Positions 26,501 to 41,267 are shown, numbered from the whole stretch's first letter. The stretch is 56,685 nucleotides of DNA, filler included, from Sphacelaria rigidula (GCA_964200075.2; 5 parts of 5 records of this genome joined end to end with filler, not necessarily neighbours in it); one strand, 5' to 3'. The notes: generated by a model not told the origin, from the sequence alone. Made by a program: numbers and translations.

Positions 26501-28914
26501 GCAACAGGGTTGCTGGGGTTGCTACGTAATCTTACATCCCACGAAGCATTCTTTCTCTTTTTACAACTATGATGTGGTAGATGATGGCACAATACGCTGG
26601 ATGGTGAGTACAACCCCGCTCACCCCCATCTCCGTAGCATATCCAAGGGCATGGCTCCTCGGCGTATTATTCTTAGCGTTCCGTCACTGACTCGTGATTC
26701 CTGGAAAAACTTCAATGGTAGCATATGATGAGCCAGCCATCTATCCCATCGACGGTCAGTGCCTCGAATATATCGGAATGCCCGCGCACGAAATTTTCAA
26801 CGTGGTGCGGGTTCTGGAGACAAAATTCATGCTCCTTGGCCTCTGGTTGAAGGGGGCCTTGACGACGGTGAGCTACTATTTCCTACAAATACGATATTAT
26901 GGCTCCCATTCGCGTGCTGCAAATGCATGGCTGCAGGCAGTTCGTATGACATGAACGTAAGAAGGGTTGCCTCCCACAGACGTCATCGGAATACAGAATC
27001 TCGGCAAGGTGATCAGAAGTGCAGACCTGCGGGATTTTCGTATACACCCGTGCAGTAGTCCTCCGCTGCCTCTCCGACGCGTATCATCACTATAACTATT
27101 TTTACACATGAGCCCGATCTCTCGAGCCCGTGGACACAGACATGGGCTCGCCTTTCCAGTACCCAATGTACACTTGTTAGGTTGCCTCCTACACAAGCAT
27201 CAGAAATTCATCGCGACCCGTTGGTCGGTCGCAACGCTTACACACAAGCATGGTCGACAGAACATGACCCCCCTTACCCCCCCCGCCCCCTGCCTCCTTC
27301 TCAGATATGTCGCAACTATTTCGGGGCGCAAAAGTCCAGTTTCGAGGTTCCATTAGACACGTCCAAGTTGGGGCTCGAACCCACGGCGAAGAATGGAGGT
27401 TGCGAGACTGCAAAAGGGTTGGGCCCGTACCCTGCTGTGTTTATTCGAGCGCCTGCGGTTCTTGAGGTGGGCATATGCACAGCAACGTTTGTCGTCTCGC
27501 CTACTTTGCCCTCGTGAGAGCTTTGCCAAGAATTGTGCTTAATCTGTTACGAACTACTCCAGTGCCTTGTAGAGCAAGTAAATAAGGCGGACTGTTCTGG
27601 CACTTCTACTGGATGTGCCACCTCCTTTGACGCAAGGGTTTTGGAACACCCGTGCAATTATTTGCTGAACCCTCTCTCGGCATGACTTGTCGGCATTCCT
27701 ACTGCATGCCTTCATTTCGATGTCGCCCGACAATTCTCCTAGGCTTTCGCACTGTCGCAAGATTGTAAGCTGGGTTATTCCCCTTGGTTCCTCCACAACA
27801 CCGCTTGGGGGTCGAAACATTTATTTATTTTTCCTCGATTATGAGCTTGAACCACCTCTGCAGGCTGCAGGCAGCTGCCGGATATCCTACTCTTTCCATA
27901 TATGTACTCATTATTACGTGTTGTGCTGTTTTCATTGCCCGTCCCCTTTGGAGTGCAGTGATTTCAGGGAAATTCCGCAACTTGGTCTGATCTCTCCTTC
28001 CTCACAGTCACCACGTCATACCGATTTTCTCTGACCCGCGATCACTTGTTTTGTCAAACAATGCAAACGATTTACGCCTCACTCCGAGTACGGTACAGTA
28101 ACAACCACTTATAACTCTCTTGTCCTCGAGTTTGAAGGTCTGACTGGGTTTAACGGCTTGATTTATGGCAACACATCATATGGTCCGTTCCGAATCCAGC
28201 CATGGTCGCAAGATGAGATGACACAAGATCAATATACGCAAGCACACGCCAAGAATAACTCGAGCGTGACTGACCTAGATTTGGAGGTCTTGCTCACATG
28301 CGCACTCGTATGTTGTACTTGAAACAAAAGCTGGCAGTATGATCGAGGACCTGAGACGAATGATCCCCCATGGATCATTCTGCTGCCGAAAACTGCCGAA
28401 TGCCATCAAATATACTCGTTGACAACAGGCGGGTCCAGGGATAGACATCCTCTGCAAAGTACGAGCCAGGCCGTGCACCAAAGCCGTCACCATGATGAGG
28501 GCACAGTTCAAGGAGCAAGAAGGGCAAAGGGCATCCGGGGAACAAGTCGGAAGCGCGGATCCGAGCGACGAGGACGACGGCCCCGCTTCTAAGCGGCGAA
28601 GACTAATGTCGTTCTTTGTGGAACCATCTTCGAGTTCTTCGGATTATGCAGAAGGATCCGCGTCCGCGAGCGGCGAGAACGATTTGGATGCCCCAGAGGT
28701 CATTGTGGCGCTCCGGAAGGGAAACATAGTTGCCACCGCGTTTCACCCAGAACTCACGAGCGACTCGCGTTGGCACGAGTACTTTGTCGGCATGGTACGA
28801 CAGGCCGTGGAGCCTGTGAAGAACTCCACAGTAGTGACGGCGGCGGCGGCGGCAGTAGCGGCTACACAGGCGGCCGGAGTGGAAGCTAGTACTGTCGAGC
28901 CCGTAGCTGCGTAA
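23544..28914 (+). CDS. PDX2: Pyridoxal 5'-phosphate synthase glutaminase subunit (PDX2/SNO/PdxT), complete, 5 exons, about 344 aa
   Basis: Exons 23544-23642, 24108-24213, 25551-25732, 27305-27466 and 28429-28914, all GT-AG with consistent phases (0,1,0,0). The spliced product has the family motifs [28 protein letters not shown] (catalytic Cys), RNYFGAQ, AVFIRAP and ATAFHPEL (His-Glu). Confidence 0.95.
24991..25277. mobile_element. MITE in PDX2 intron 2 (uninterrupted copy)
   Basis: TIRs CGTGAGATGGAGAGTAGAG / CTCTACTCTCAATCTCACG. Reverse-complement homolog at 30011-30676. Confidence 0.75.
25871..26249. mobile_element. Two adjacent hAT-like MITEs in opposite orientation in PDX2 intron 3
   Basis: Copies 25871-26036 and 26045-26249 each have TIR CAAGGGCAGGTCGAGTAGAGTATACTCA. 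They are flanked and separated by the 8-mers GAGAGTTT, AAGAGTTT and GACAGTTT. Confidence 0.8.
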
Positions 28915-30010
28915 GCACGCTTGTTTTGTTCATGTTCTCAAGAAGATTGTTGTTGAGCACTTGTTGCGTGTCGAAGGGCTGATTCGATGTATAAAAGTCC
29001 TTTTTTGATGGGGGAGTTTTTGGTCGTATGCGAGAGTTGACAGTGTTTGTGTTGCCCATGCTTGTCTTCGGTGTGCAGCGTGTAGATTTTAGGGGAGGCG
29101 GGGGGGGTATGATTCCAACTTTCCTAGTCTACACCAGAGAGTGGTGGTTCAGTGATGTGTTGGCGGAAGCAGTCGACGTGAGTCATCCCTCGACTAAGTA
29201 CATCAGGAAGCCGCATGAGCTCGCCGGTCGGGAAGCGTCCTTTATCAAGCGCTTTTGCGGTATAGGTACCGGCATTCACCACGTGAGCGTATCTGTGATC
29301 CACCATCAATTCAGGTGCATGCACACGGCGGGAGACAAGCCTGGGTGTAGGTGTAGGTGTATAGTGTGGCCAGCCATTTTTTGTCGTTTGGAGGTGTCTC
29401 GTCTTCGATTGATTTGTTGTGAAAGCTCAAGACTCGCCGTTGACTATTTTTGAATTCCCGTGAGCATTCGATATGTGTTGTCTTCCGGTGTATGCAAGTC
29501 GCAGTTCGGTGCCTCGCTTCCGTGGGGTTTATGAGCGAGAGCTCACACCCCAAAATGGTGTGGCCGAAATGGCTGAGCCGCGATCTGCTCCCACGGCTCT
29601 TTCGTTTTCGGATGGGTATGGTTGCATGTGCTCTTTGCGCAAGACCTTTATTTTCCACCTGAAGCCGTGTTGCAGAGGTCAGCCATATAATTTGTTTGTT
29701 TTCACTCTACTCCGTTCGTTTGTTGTACCTTTTCTGTTCCCTCCACTTTCCTCAAGCGAGTGTTTCCGCTTTTTTAAAACACTCTTGGGTACGTATATCT
29801 CGTGGATAATGACCACGGCTAGGTCTGTTGTGGATAATGATCAGTAAATGTGCGATAACCAATCAAACAATCAATCAACCGCCATATCGTGAACGTTGGA
29901 CGTATTCAAAAAGCCGACTGCATCCGATGCTGTTCGGTCTTCTTCCAATTCGTTCAATAGTGTTTAATCTTGAATCTTCCAAGCGTCGGCATCTTGACTT
30001 CCAAGTGATC

Positions 30011-30676
30011 ACGTTTTCGTGATGTTGAGAGAAGAGCGCGGATTGAGAGTGGCTTCAATCATTTGCTTTAACTTGGCCATTTTTTTATCCCGTGTGTGCT
30101 TTTCTTTGCCTCCATCACTTACGTGTACTTACAGTTGTGTGTGCTGTGTTGTCGTCCCATCTATTCTGGACGCCGGCCCACTACACCTTTCGGTGTATGT
30201 GGGCGCATCAACCGGGGTCACACAGGAGGCAGGTCAACAGAGGAGTTTTTCTTTCCTGTTTGTTTTCATTTTTGTACTCCACCTTCCTTCTGCGGTGCCT
30301 GCCCTTATTTTTCATCGCGAGAGGCGTACAGCAGTCCCTTTCCCTCTTCTACCGTTCAGCCGTACTTTGTGTGTCTGCGACACTATCGCTCCTAACTGTT
30401 GGGCATGGTGTGAGAAAAAATCCCATATCGCTTCGAGATTTGAACCCACGACCCAACCGTCAGAGGGTTTCGAGGTTACCAACTGAGCCACCGGGGCGAC
30501 CGGCTACAGTTACACGTCGATATCCTCTTCGGGGATATCAAGGGCCTCAGTGGCAAGCGACTGCAGAAAGCATATTGGTCCTCGTCGAGGGACATTTCGG
30601 AACTGAAACAATCCAGCCACTAATTGATCGCTTTACACTCTCAATCGTATCCTCTACTCTCAATCTCACGAAAACA
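30011..30676. mobile_element. MITE of the same family as 24991-25277, interrupted by a SINE
   Basis: 30011-30136 plus 30505-30676 reconstruct the reverse complement of the intron-2 copy. Confidence 0.75.
30137..30504 (-). mobile_element. tRNA-derived SINE with 7-bp TSD
   Basis: Minus-strand head GCCGGTCGCCCCGGTGGCTCAGTTGGTA...GGGTTCAAATCTC (Pol III A and B boxes) and a CA-rich tail. TSD TACAGTT at 30130-30136 and 30505-30511. Confidence 0.85.
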
Positions 30677-31061
30677 CTGAGGACGCTTAAGAAGCCACTG
30701 AGTGCGATGTGCTGCCCTGAGGACGCCAAGAAGCCTGAACCAAGGTGGCATCCTTTCCCCGGGCCACCGCTAGCTGGTGACGCATCGAATTAACTGATGA
30801 ATTGTGCGGCACGTCTCCGCTCATGTACCGCCATTTATTGAGACCCTCGTCTTCAGTCAATTTCGTTTGATCATGTTGAGGCGGCGTCGTACCCGATCTA
30901 TTTACATGATAATCGTGAAAGCGCCACCTTTCCACACGATGCGTGAGCCAACAAATGCGAATCAACCGTTGAAACGCACGCCTACATACCATATCCCCAT
31001 CCCCCGCCGCCCCCTCCCGCGACGAGCGAACCAAAATTCGTACCTGCCAAAAATTGCAGAA

Positions 31062-31525
31062 GACCATCTTGTATGGCACCAATCCGTGTTTGTACAAATA
31101 TAGGCATTTCAGCTCATCTACAACAGGTGGTTTTCTCCCGTGGATTGATTTTTCGGACCCCGGTCCGTTGGGCAATGATTTTCGGCTAGCTCTGAGGAAA
31201 CCAGATAATTTCTCCGATTCTCTGGACGTTGACTTTTGGCTCATCACATTTCTGCTCAGATCGGGAGACTCCCGCATCTCCCCCGATTTGGGCTCTCGAT
31301 TTGGGGGGCATTCGAGAGTCTACCGATCTGAGAAAAATATATATACCACCAAAAGTCGAAGTCCAGAGAATCGGAGAATCGATCTGATTTCTACAGAGCT
31401 AGCCGATAATCATTGCCCAACGGACTGGGGGTCCGAAAAATCAATCCACGGGAGAAAATCGCCGGTAAACGGGCCGAAATGCTCATGTTTGTACAAATAT
31501 GGATTGGTTGCCATAGAAGATGGTC
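31062..31525. repeat. About 465-bp foldback (imperfect palindrome), MITE-like
   Basis: The left arm GACCATCTTGTATGGCACCAATCC...TTTTCTCCCGTGGATTGATTTTTCGGACCCC pairs with the right arm GGGGTCCGAAAAATCAATCCACGGGAGAAAA...GGATTGGTTGCCATAGAAGATGGTC. The loop is near 31290-31300. Confidence 0.85.
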
Positions 31526-31855
31526 CAACAGCACATTCAGAAAAACACACGAGATGCAGGTTTTCACCAAACGCCGTACGAGTCGTAGTGGCGCCAAGAG
31601 CGCACTTCACACCAATTGATATAATTGATATGTCAGCAAAACAAGAACCATCCCGTGTGAGCGCGGACGTCCCGAGGCCCAGTCTTCATCTCTCGTATAC
31701 AGCGATGCGTGATACTTTCGTTCCGCACTCTTGAAGGTACTGACGCCAACCGACACACGAAAATGATTCTTGATTTTAAAAGCTCGATATCTCGCAAGAC
31801 ATAAGGATCGACGAAAAATTAGACACCAGCGCAAAACACTCTCGTGTAGGGGATG

Positions 31856-33753
<1,898 letters not shown>

Positions 33754-33974
33754 TCAAACCATGGGTCGTGTGAACGATACGGATTACGCGAGGGGGGGAG
33801 GGGGTGGGGGGGTGGGGGAGGCGTGCGTATTCGTTGCTTGCCTTAGTCGGGGGTGTACTCATTATCATGCATGTCATAGTCATAGGACCATTGACCTCAC
33901 ATCCCTACAAAGCCGGGACGAAGCACGCCGGGCTTTCGTCGAACCAGGCTCCCACTCAATCACCAAGCGCGAAG

Positions 33975-34074
33975 NNNNNNNNNNNNNNNNNNNNNNNNNN
34001 NNNNNNNNNNNNNNNNNNTTAATTAATTAANNNNNNNNNNNNNNNNNNNNNNNNNNNNNNNNNNNNNNNNNNNN
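33975..34074. other. Artificial contig-joining spacer
   Basis: Same 100-nt linker. Confidence 0.98.
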
Positions 34075-34129
34075 CAATGGTCTGATGACTATGGCATACA
34101 TGATCATGAGTACACCCCTCCCCCTCCCC

Positions 34130-37100
34130 TATCGTAGGATGACTCCGTCCTCGACTGCCGTCTTCAATTCCAGCCGCCCGAGGAGTATCACCGTTGCGTG
34201 GACCCGTGGTTGATGTTGGCTCATCTATGCTCCCGCTGGGTGACATATAGGCGCATAGCGGGTGGTGACGTCTGTTGCGCCGCATGCCGGATATCATGGG
34301 GGAAGGTAGGACTCGATACCGAAGAAGCTTCTCCCCACTAGGACGCATTCTTGGCGTGGGATAGCCCAGGCGGTATCCTAGCGTTTGGCTCTCTGAACCG
34401 CTAGCGCCACGTTTTTGGCCATGCTGTGATAGCTGGCTGTGGTCTCATGAGCGGATTCACAGCCAGCAAAAGGGTCACCCGGGCCCGGTGATCGACCAAA
34501 CGGAGGAAGATCGGCTAGCTGCTGTTGTGGTGCAAAGGTGTTGGCCTATACATGAGATGGTCCACGTTGCTTCATACGGTGAGAGTTAGCTCCAGGAGCA
34601 GCGTCATGTCTGGCACGGAGGTTGAATCTTGGAGTTGGTGGCGATCCGCCCGCATTTCGTTCCCTGTAAGCCCACGCGACTAGTCCTGACGGTAACACCG
34701 TCGCTTGTTAGCGACAACTTACCCCACCGTATTGGACAGCGCCCGGGGGTCCTCTGCCAGTGCAGTTGCCATGGGGGTATGTGGGGAGTTGGCCCCCATC
34801 CGCTCTCCCAGGGCCCTAGACGAATCAGCCATCACCAATCGCAGCATGTCACAACCACTTCTTACAGCCGCGAATCTGTGTCTGCTCACCGCTAAGGCTA
34901 GGCATAATCTCTCGGCACCAGTCGGCATGTCGGTCTGAAGCCGTTGGTGGGGGGGGAGGTGAAGTTGCTCCGAGGGGTAAGCTGCGTCCGAGAAAGTTTT
35001 TCGTCTGCGGTCTGGGGTAGCTTCATGATGTGTTCCAACATCCATAGTCCCCCGAGATTGTCTCGCTTGCACGCCAGTTCTGACAGCTCGGTGTCCATCA
35101 TCCGCTGCAAAAAGCAGGCCTTTGATGCCCTGGACGTCGATGCGATCAGCGTCGCCGCTTGTTTGTCGAGGGTAAGAGCCAGTACGCAGGAGAAATTGTC
35201 GATCCCCTTCTCCTTGATGACTGTCACAGCCTGTTGCTGGACGAACTTGCCGGGCCCGATTAGTGTGCCAACCCCGACTGCTTCGCCCTCTTCCGCGACA
35301 CTCGATCAAACCCATTTCCATCGGCGCCGCTATCTCTTGTTGCGTAGGAACGTGATTTCGTGGGGGCACTACTGTGGTCTGCTTGTTGTTGATGTTGACC
35401 CCTGTGTGTGTATATTCCTCAATGGTATAAGGGATCGCGCGCAAACTGTCGCTCGTGAGTTGGTGCAAGGCCAGGAGCAAGTCATCGAGGTATGTCGGCA
35501 ACTCCGTTCTAAACGTTTCGAAAATTCTTCGGAAGCTGTATATGATGAGACCATGTGCCAGTATGGGGCGGGTTCCTAGCCCATCGTCTTGATGGACTCT
35601 TGTGCTCGAGAGGATGCTTCCCCTTCCCCGTAGTATTCTACTGCAAACAGCTTTAAGCCTGGGGCGCGGGCGGCCATCGCTTCTAGGACTGCCGCTCGCT
35701 TGACGGGATTGAGGGCGATACTATATTCGAGGGCGTGCTTTCGCGCGTAGGCCCGTCATCTCTACCCCGCCGGAAGCCGCCACTCCTCCCTGCCGACCCG
35801 ATAGGTTGATAGTCTCGAGTGTTGGGTCGCATCGCCGGACTGCCCCCGTCACCACAATGCGTCTCATGCTGAACCCGACGCAGACCAGGTGTCACTTCTC
35901 AACGATGCAGGTTGTTCTATGACGCGTCGGGTTGTCCCGTGGCGTGCAGCCTTAGGGAAGCAATGGCCAGACCAAACTTCTCTTCCCCCTCTATGGTGTT
36001 CGGGACGCACTGCAAGTGTGAGAATCGCAGCCCAATATTCCCGCCCGCGGATACCTCGTCCCTGTGCTTCATAATGGCAATGAGTGTGGGGGCATCATAG
36101 TCGGCGGCACCCTCGTTGGCGGCGAGTAACCTCCTACTCGTTGGCACTGGCGCTGCTGCCGCTGTCACCGTGCTGCCACATTCTTGAATTTTCCTCGAAG
36201 TGATCTCGTCAGCGGGCATAAATTCTTCCGCCAGCAGTACCCTGACTGCGTTGGCGACGCCACCTTTGTGGCGGTAAGGGGCAGCTGCCTTTCGGTAGCA
36301 ATCTTTTGGCAACGCGCCGCCTGTTTGCGGCCGCGCCCGAGCTGCAGCTTGCCCTGTGTAGGTCATTGGTCAAGTTAGCACCATACTGAGGTCCCATCTC
36401 TTCACCGCGCGCAATCAGTGCTTTTGTGGGAACGTCCTGCCTGACGACAGGAGTACTGCCAGCAAGATGTGGTTTAATTTCATCGCTCGTAGCAAGTCAG
36501 TCGGTGTCGTGTCTCCATCCCCGGCGATCGGTGCGTGCCTGTCTCGTACGCGACACCGTCGCAGCAGGATAAAACAGGTTACTCTAGCGGGCGCTGAGCC
36601 TGTGCTTCGCGTAAACCACGGTCGCGAACCGTTGTTCGAGGTCGGTGATGGAAATGCAAACCAGGGGTTCCGCCGTGTGCCGAGGCTGTTTTGGCAGCGG
36701 TCTACAATATGTCCCGGTCTGGTTTTAGGACTTCCGCCTTCGCATACCCGCCCGAGAGGTCCCATCCTCTCGCAGCTGCCGAAGTCTCCAATCACGATGT
36801 GTTCCAATACTGGGTATCTGCCACGGCTCGCTCCGCAGTTTGCGGCGGGACATCACGGTAGGCCTGGCGTCGGCGAGGGATCCAAGATGTTGATTGCGTG
36901 CCCGACGTGTGAAATGTGTGCGCATGACAACCCTATGGCTCAGGCACCGTGTGCCACTTCCGTATCGCAAAGCCCCCCCCCCCAGCACCGTGCAAAGCCA
37001 ATCTCGGGAGACCGTCATAACGTACGCCGCCTGTGCCATTCACATACCCTTGGCCTCCGGGACTTGAGGCCGCTCGCTCCAGACCACCGCCGCTCCCACT

Positions 37101-37270
37101 GCCTCGACCCCCTGGGCTTGGACCTACCCACCGCCGACTGGTCGTGCCGCGGAAGACGTACGCCTTGGGGCCCGGCGTGAGTGGCTGCTCCATCTTCCGG
37201 CGGGATTGCTAGGTCTCGGCCGTCCACGCTCTCTGGTACCTCCTCCACCCTGTCCTTCGTGGACAGTTAC
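34130..37270 (-). mobile_element. Decayed non-LTR retrotransposon, CRE-like clade (RT plus probable C-terminal Cys/His region)
   Basis: Minus-strand fragments in RT order: SAGGNIGLRFSHLQ, GVAASGGVE, LNPVKRAAVLEAMAARAPGL, ILSSTRVHQDDGLG (degenerate QG motif), PTYLDDLLL (YxDD, 35492-35481) and GVNINNKQT. Many stops and frameshifts. Confidence 0.75.
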
Positions 37271-38393
37271 AGAACCCTGCTAAGCTTACTAAGCTGGTCA
37301 TGAAGTGAATTGCTGGCCAGTTCTCAATTCTACCAAGTAATTGAAGATACAATGTGCTTCTGTGTATTTGTAACATAATTTACAATTTTCCTCCCCGCCG
37401 TAGTTGCCGGGCGGTCGACTGCCGTTTTTCTACGATGAATTTCCCGGGTAAAATGGCTGAACTGCACTGGGATGAATGTTGCCTGGCCATACTTGCGTAT
37501 GTAAACAATCAGTACTGTACGATGATGAGACAGTGCCTACAGCTTTCGTCGTCCCTACATGCACTTCACTTGGCTTTCACGTTTGACGGACAACGATGAG
37601 TCAAAAACTGGACCAACCCGCTATATTATACCACTTGATGGAATGTCATGAAAAGGGGCCGGTAATTTTCTCCCAGACTACGTGTAGGAGAAAGAAGTAG
37701 CGCTTACTTTTGCAAGACTCATCTTTGGCACCGTGTTTCACATGTAGATCTGCTACACATGCCAACAATTACTGTTAGAGATAACAGCACATTCATACTA
37801 TCACAAATCAGTTATCACCGGACCGAAGACAGATATTTTCAGGTGACCTGCATGTATATATGCGTATTTCGCAAGTAAGCATTGTCTATCTGACCTTACC
37901 AAGAATGGAGATGGCCTAGCGCGTAATTATATCTATGGATGAAGACTACAGTATCAGATATCATGCCACAGCGCTGTACAAATCAGTGCGCCACAGACAG
38001 GCGAAGAATACGAGTTTAATACAAGTTGACCGTGAAATTCGGGAGATTTGGATGATCAGCCGAAACAGTTTGCTCAAATGTACGTCAACTCGCAATGTAC
38101 TGCGAGAGCCACACGCTAAGTTATTGTGGAAAGCAGTCGAACTATAATATCGATGCATTGTACCACGTGCCCGTGAGGGGATAGAGAGATATGCAGTACC
38201 ACGCGGAGCCGAAAGGATACGTGCTGCTGTTTCACTTCATCGCACTACTTTCACCGCGACTCCGCTGCATGTTCGTGCCTTTGGCTCAAGGTGATGTACA
38301 AATCAAGAGAGAGGACACCAGCTGCACCGAACAGTAGATAGCTGACTCCAAAAAACGTGTTTGCCTGTCTGTCACATCGTACATTTCTGTTTG

Positions 38394-38394
38394 C

Positions 38395-38477
<83 letters not shown>

Positions 38478-38596
38478 CGACAACGACAACGACGACGACA
38501 ACGACAACGACGACGACAACGACGACGACAACGACGACGACAACGACAACGACAACGACAACGAAAACGACAACGACGACGACAACGACAACAACA
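38394..38596 (+). repeat. Compound microsatellite (CAA)n grading into CAA/CGA mix
   Basis: Directly visible. It ends at the AG acceptor of the exon starting at 38598. Confidence 0.95.
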
Positions 38597-38597
38597 G

Positions 38598-41235
38598 AAA
38601 CCCAGACTCATCCCTGAACAAAGACATTGAGGAACGCGTCAAAGCTTTCGCCAGCGCGCAGCAGGGTAGCCGAAGGCAGCCCACCGACGAAGAATTTTTA
38701 GAGCTCGAAAATGCCGTCAGAGAGCTGCGCTCCAGGTACCTCAAGAGCAGCGTAAATGGCAGCATTGCTGGAGATGACGACGATGGTCAGAGAAGCAAGG
38801 CGTCCGGCAGTGGTACTGACGGTAGTGGGAAAAGTCGCGAGAGTTCTCGACGGAGCTCGACGAAGGTGTGGGATGTGAACATGGCCACGCGTAGTCTTGT
38901 TCTTGGCTACAGCCAAAAGATTCGAGATTTTGGGAGGCTGCTTGCAGTCCGCTTCCGTTGCACCGTCGCTCCTCGGTAATGCTACTCTCTACCGCACAGT
39001 TAGGTGGGGTCGTGTTTCCTGTGATGATGTTGTGATGTGCTCTAGTCTGGTACAGAGGGAGCAAACAAAAAACCGATGGTAGTAGTCATTGATTGTGAGT
39101 TTTGGCACGGATCATGTTTATACACACAACACGGCTGTGCTACGGATAGCTGTGGGTTGTTTCGCTTGATGTAGGTTGTATCGTCTGCGGGGGGTCGACT
39201 CGACTGTGTGTTGATGTGCGGTATATATCCCTCCTCCGTCCCATAAGTTAGCTTGGTTATGTATTCTTAGACCCTTAACCGTCGTCCGATGTGAAAGGTA
39301 GTATAGGTGGTATATATATATATATATATGTTATCTTGTGGCGTCTTTTGAGTCGGCAGCCTTCTCCGTTTGTTTGTGTGCGCGCGCTACCCTGCGTGAG
39401 CGAAGGCCCGAAAAAAGCGTCGACTACAAAATGGCTGTAGTTCGACGATTTCGCCCCCCCCGCACCCCCCCCCCTCCCCCGCCGCGAAAAAGAAGCTGGA
39501 AATTGGAACAAAATTGCTAAAAACGACTATCTTCATACTTCCGAGCTACCTTCTTGCACCAGGAAGAAGTACAGTACACCTTCTCGGACATTGCGGAGCT
39601 GCACGAAAACCTGCATGGGACATTTTGCGGCGGAAAATGGGCCAAAATCGTCAAAACACCGGCCAAAATGGATCAAAATGGCCCATAATGAGCAATTTTG
39701 AATCGGATCTTGTTTTCTTCCCACAAGCATCTCCATGATTTGATATTTTCAATGGATATACCAATCGCGTCCTAAGCACGTCCGTTACGGAGATATTTTG
39801 CGTACCCCATAACCAAGCCGCAGTAGCTTATTGGACAAAGGATATACATATATATATATATATATCATTGGCCTTCTGACAATGGAAAAATCAGAATAGG
39901 CTTGTTGAGAAGACAGCAGAAATAGATACCAATTGCCACATCTGAAGAGCCAGAAAGCAGCCAGAGAAAAAAAATCTCGGGAGAAACAGCGATCGTCCCT
40001 AATCCGTACACGAGTACCATCTAAATTTTTTGCGTACCTCACGGGAGCGACAGGAAAAACCAACAGGTCGGGTAAGATCAACAAGGACTCGACATCTGTA
40101 TCTGTCTCGACTGTGTCTTGACTGTTGATGCGATGCATTAGTGATGTCTTCATGCGCGAGCATCGGTACACAGCAGAGAGATCACAGTTCGCTAGGATAG
40201 TACATGACCTGCGAACAGCCTGGTATCGGGACCAACATCGGTTGTTCCGCGCAGTGTCTACGACGACGGCAACCTCGTCCACGCGTGTGCTTCGTGCAAG
40301 ACACTTTCTACGATAGCTTCCCCCCCCCAAAAATAGCCCAAAAGTGTCACGAAAAAAATGGCTATACAGCGCTCGATGTTTGGGTTCAGGCTGCATCAAG
40401 CGCTTCATACTGGCGGCATGGTCCCCGAGCGTGGGAATTTCCGGCTGCTCGTTGTGCTCGGCTTTTTTCATTTCAGTTTACGTGAAGATTTTGCCTCGCA
40501 AAATCATGCACTTTTGGGGGGGGGGGGCTATCGTAGAAAGTGTCGCAAGTGGTGATATCGATTAGAGCTAGTTAGCTGCGTCACGCCCATGTACCTGCGG
40601 GGGACATTTCGCGTCTGTTGCAACGTCTACGACCGAGGCTGTCCAAACACAACCTGCGACAACGACGCTTATAGCACAAACACCGACAAAGAAGCGGGTG
40701 GCACAGATGGAGAGGGCGATCGTAGTCTGGGGTCGCGTGAGGGTGGAAAGAATAGCGAGAGTCACACTGATGGAAGTTGCGAGGCAAGCGCATCTGGCGA
40801 GCAAAAAAACACAAACCTCCACTTCATGTCTGCTCCAGGCTATCATAGGAGTCACCGCACGTTTCATGTTTGTGTTCCTAGAGAGCGGACGGATCCCTGT
40901 TCTACAGGGATCGGCGCCTACCCGTCTCCCCTTCCTTTGAACTTCGCGGGGACTCCTTATCCCTTGCGAAGTCCTACCTGTTTCATGTTCGTAGTTCTTG
41001 CGCCTGCGACATTAATTGCTGCGATTTCCAGGGAGAGACCGGTGAGGATGGAGGAGTCTTGCCGCCTTCTATCGCGCGCGCCTGGCGCACGTTTGACGTG
41101 GCGAAGCAGATCGAGCACGAGGCAAAGGAGAAACACAAGGCCGAACAGCTCGGACTACAGAAGATCAGGTTTGGGATGAGATTGCGGGGAAGATCACGGT
41201 TATGACGATGTTGTTGTTGTTGTTGTTGTTGTTGT

Positions 41236-41267
<32 letters not shown>

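Noticed and set aside
31054..31734. Mirror-image ORFs sharing TNP.LYK..HF...GDFLPWIDFSDP
   Set aside because: A consequence of the foldback palindrome, not duplicated genes.
36467..37180. 237-aa and 211-aa (34944-35579) plus-strand ORFs
   Set aside because: Antisense shadows of the decayed minus-strand retrotransposon.
38286..38765. Poly-Q, poly-T, poly-L and poly-C ORFs
   Set aside because: Translations of the microsatellite in different frames.
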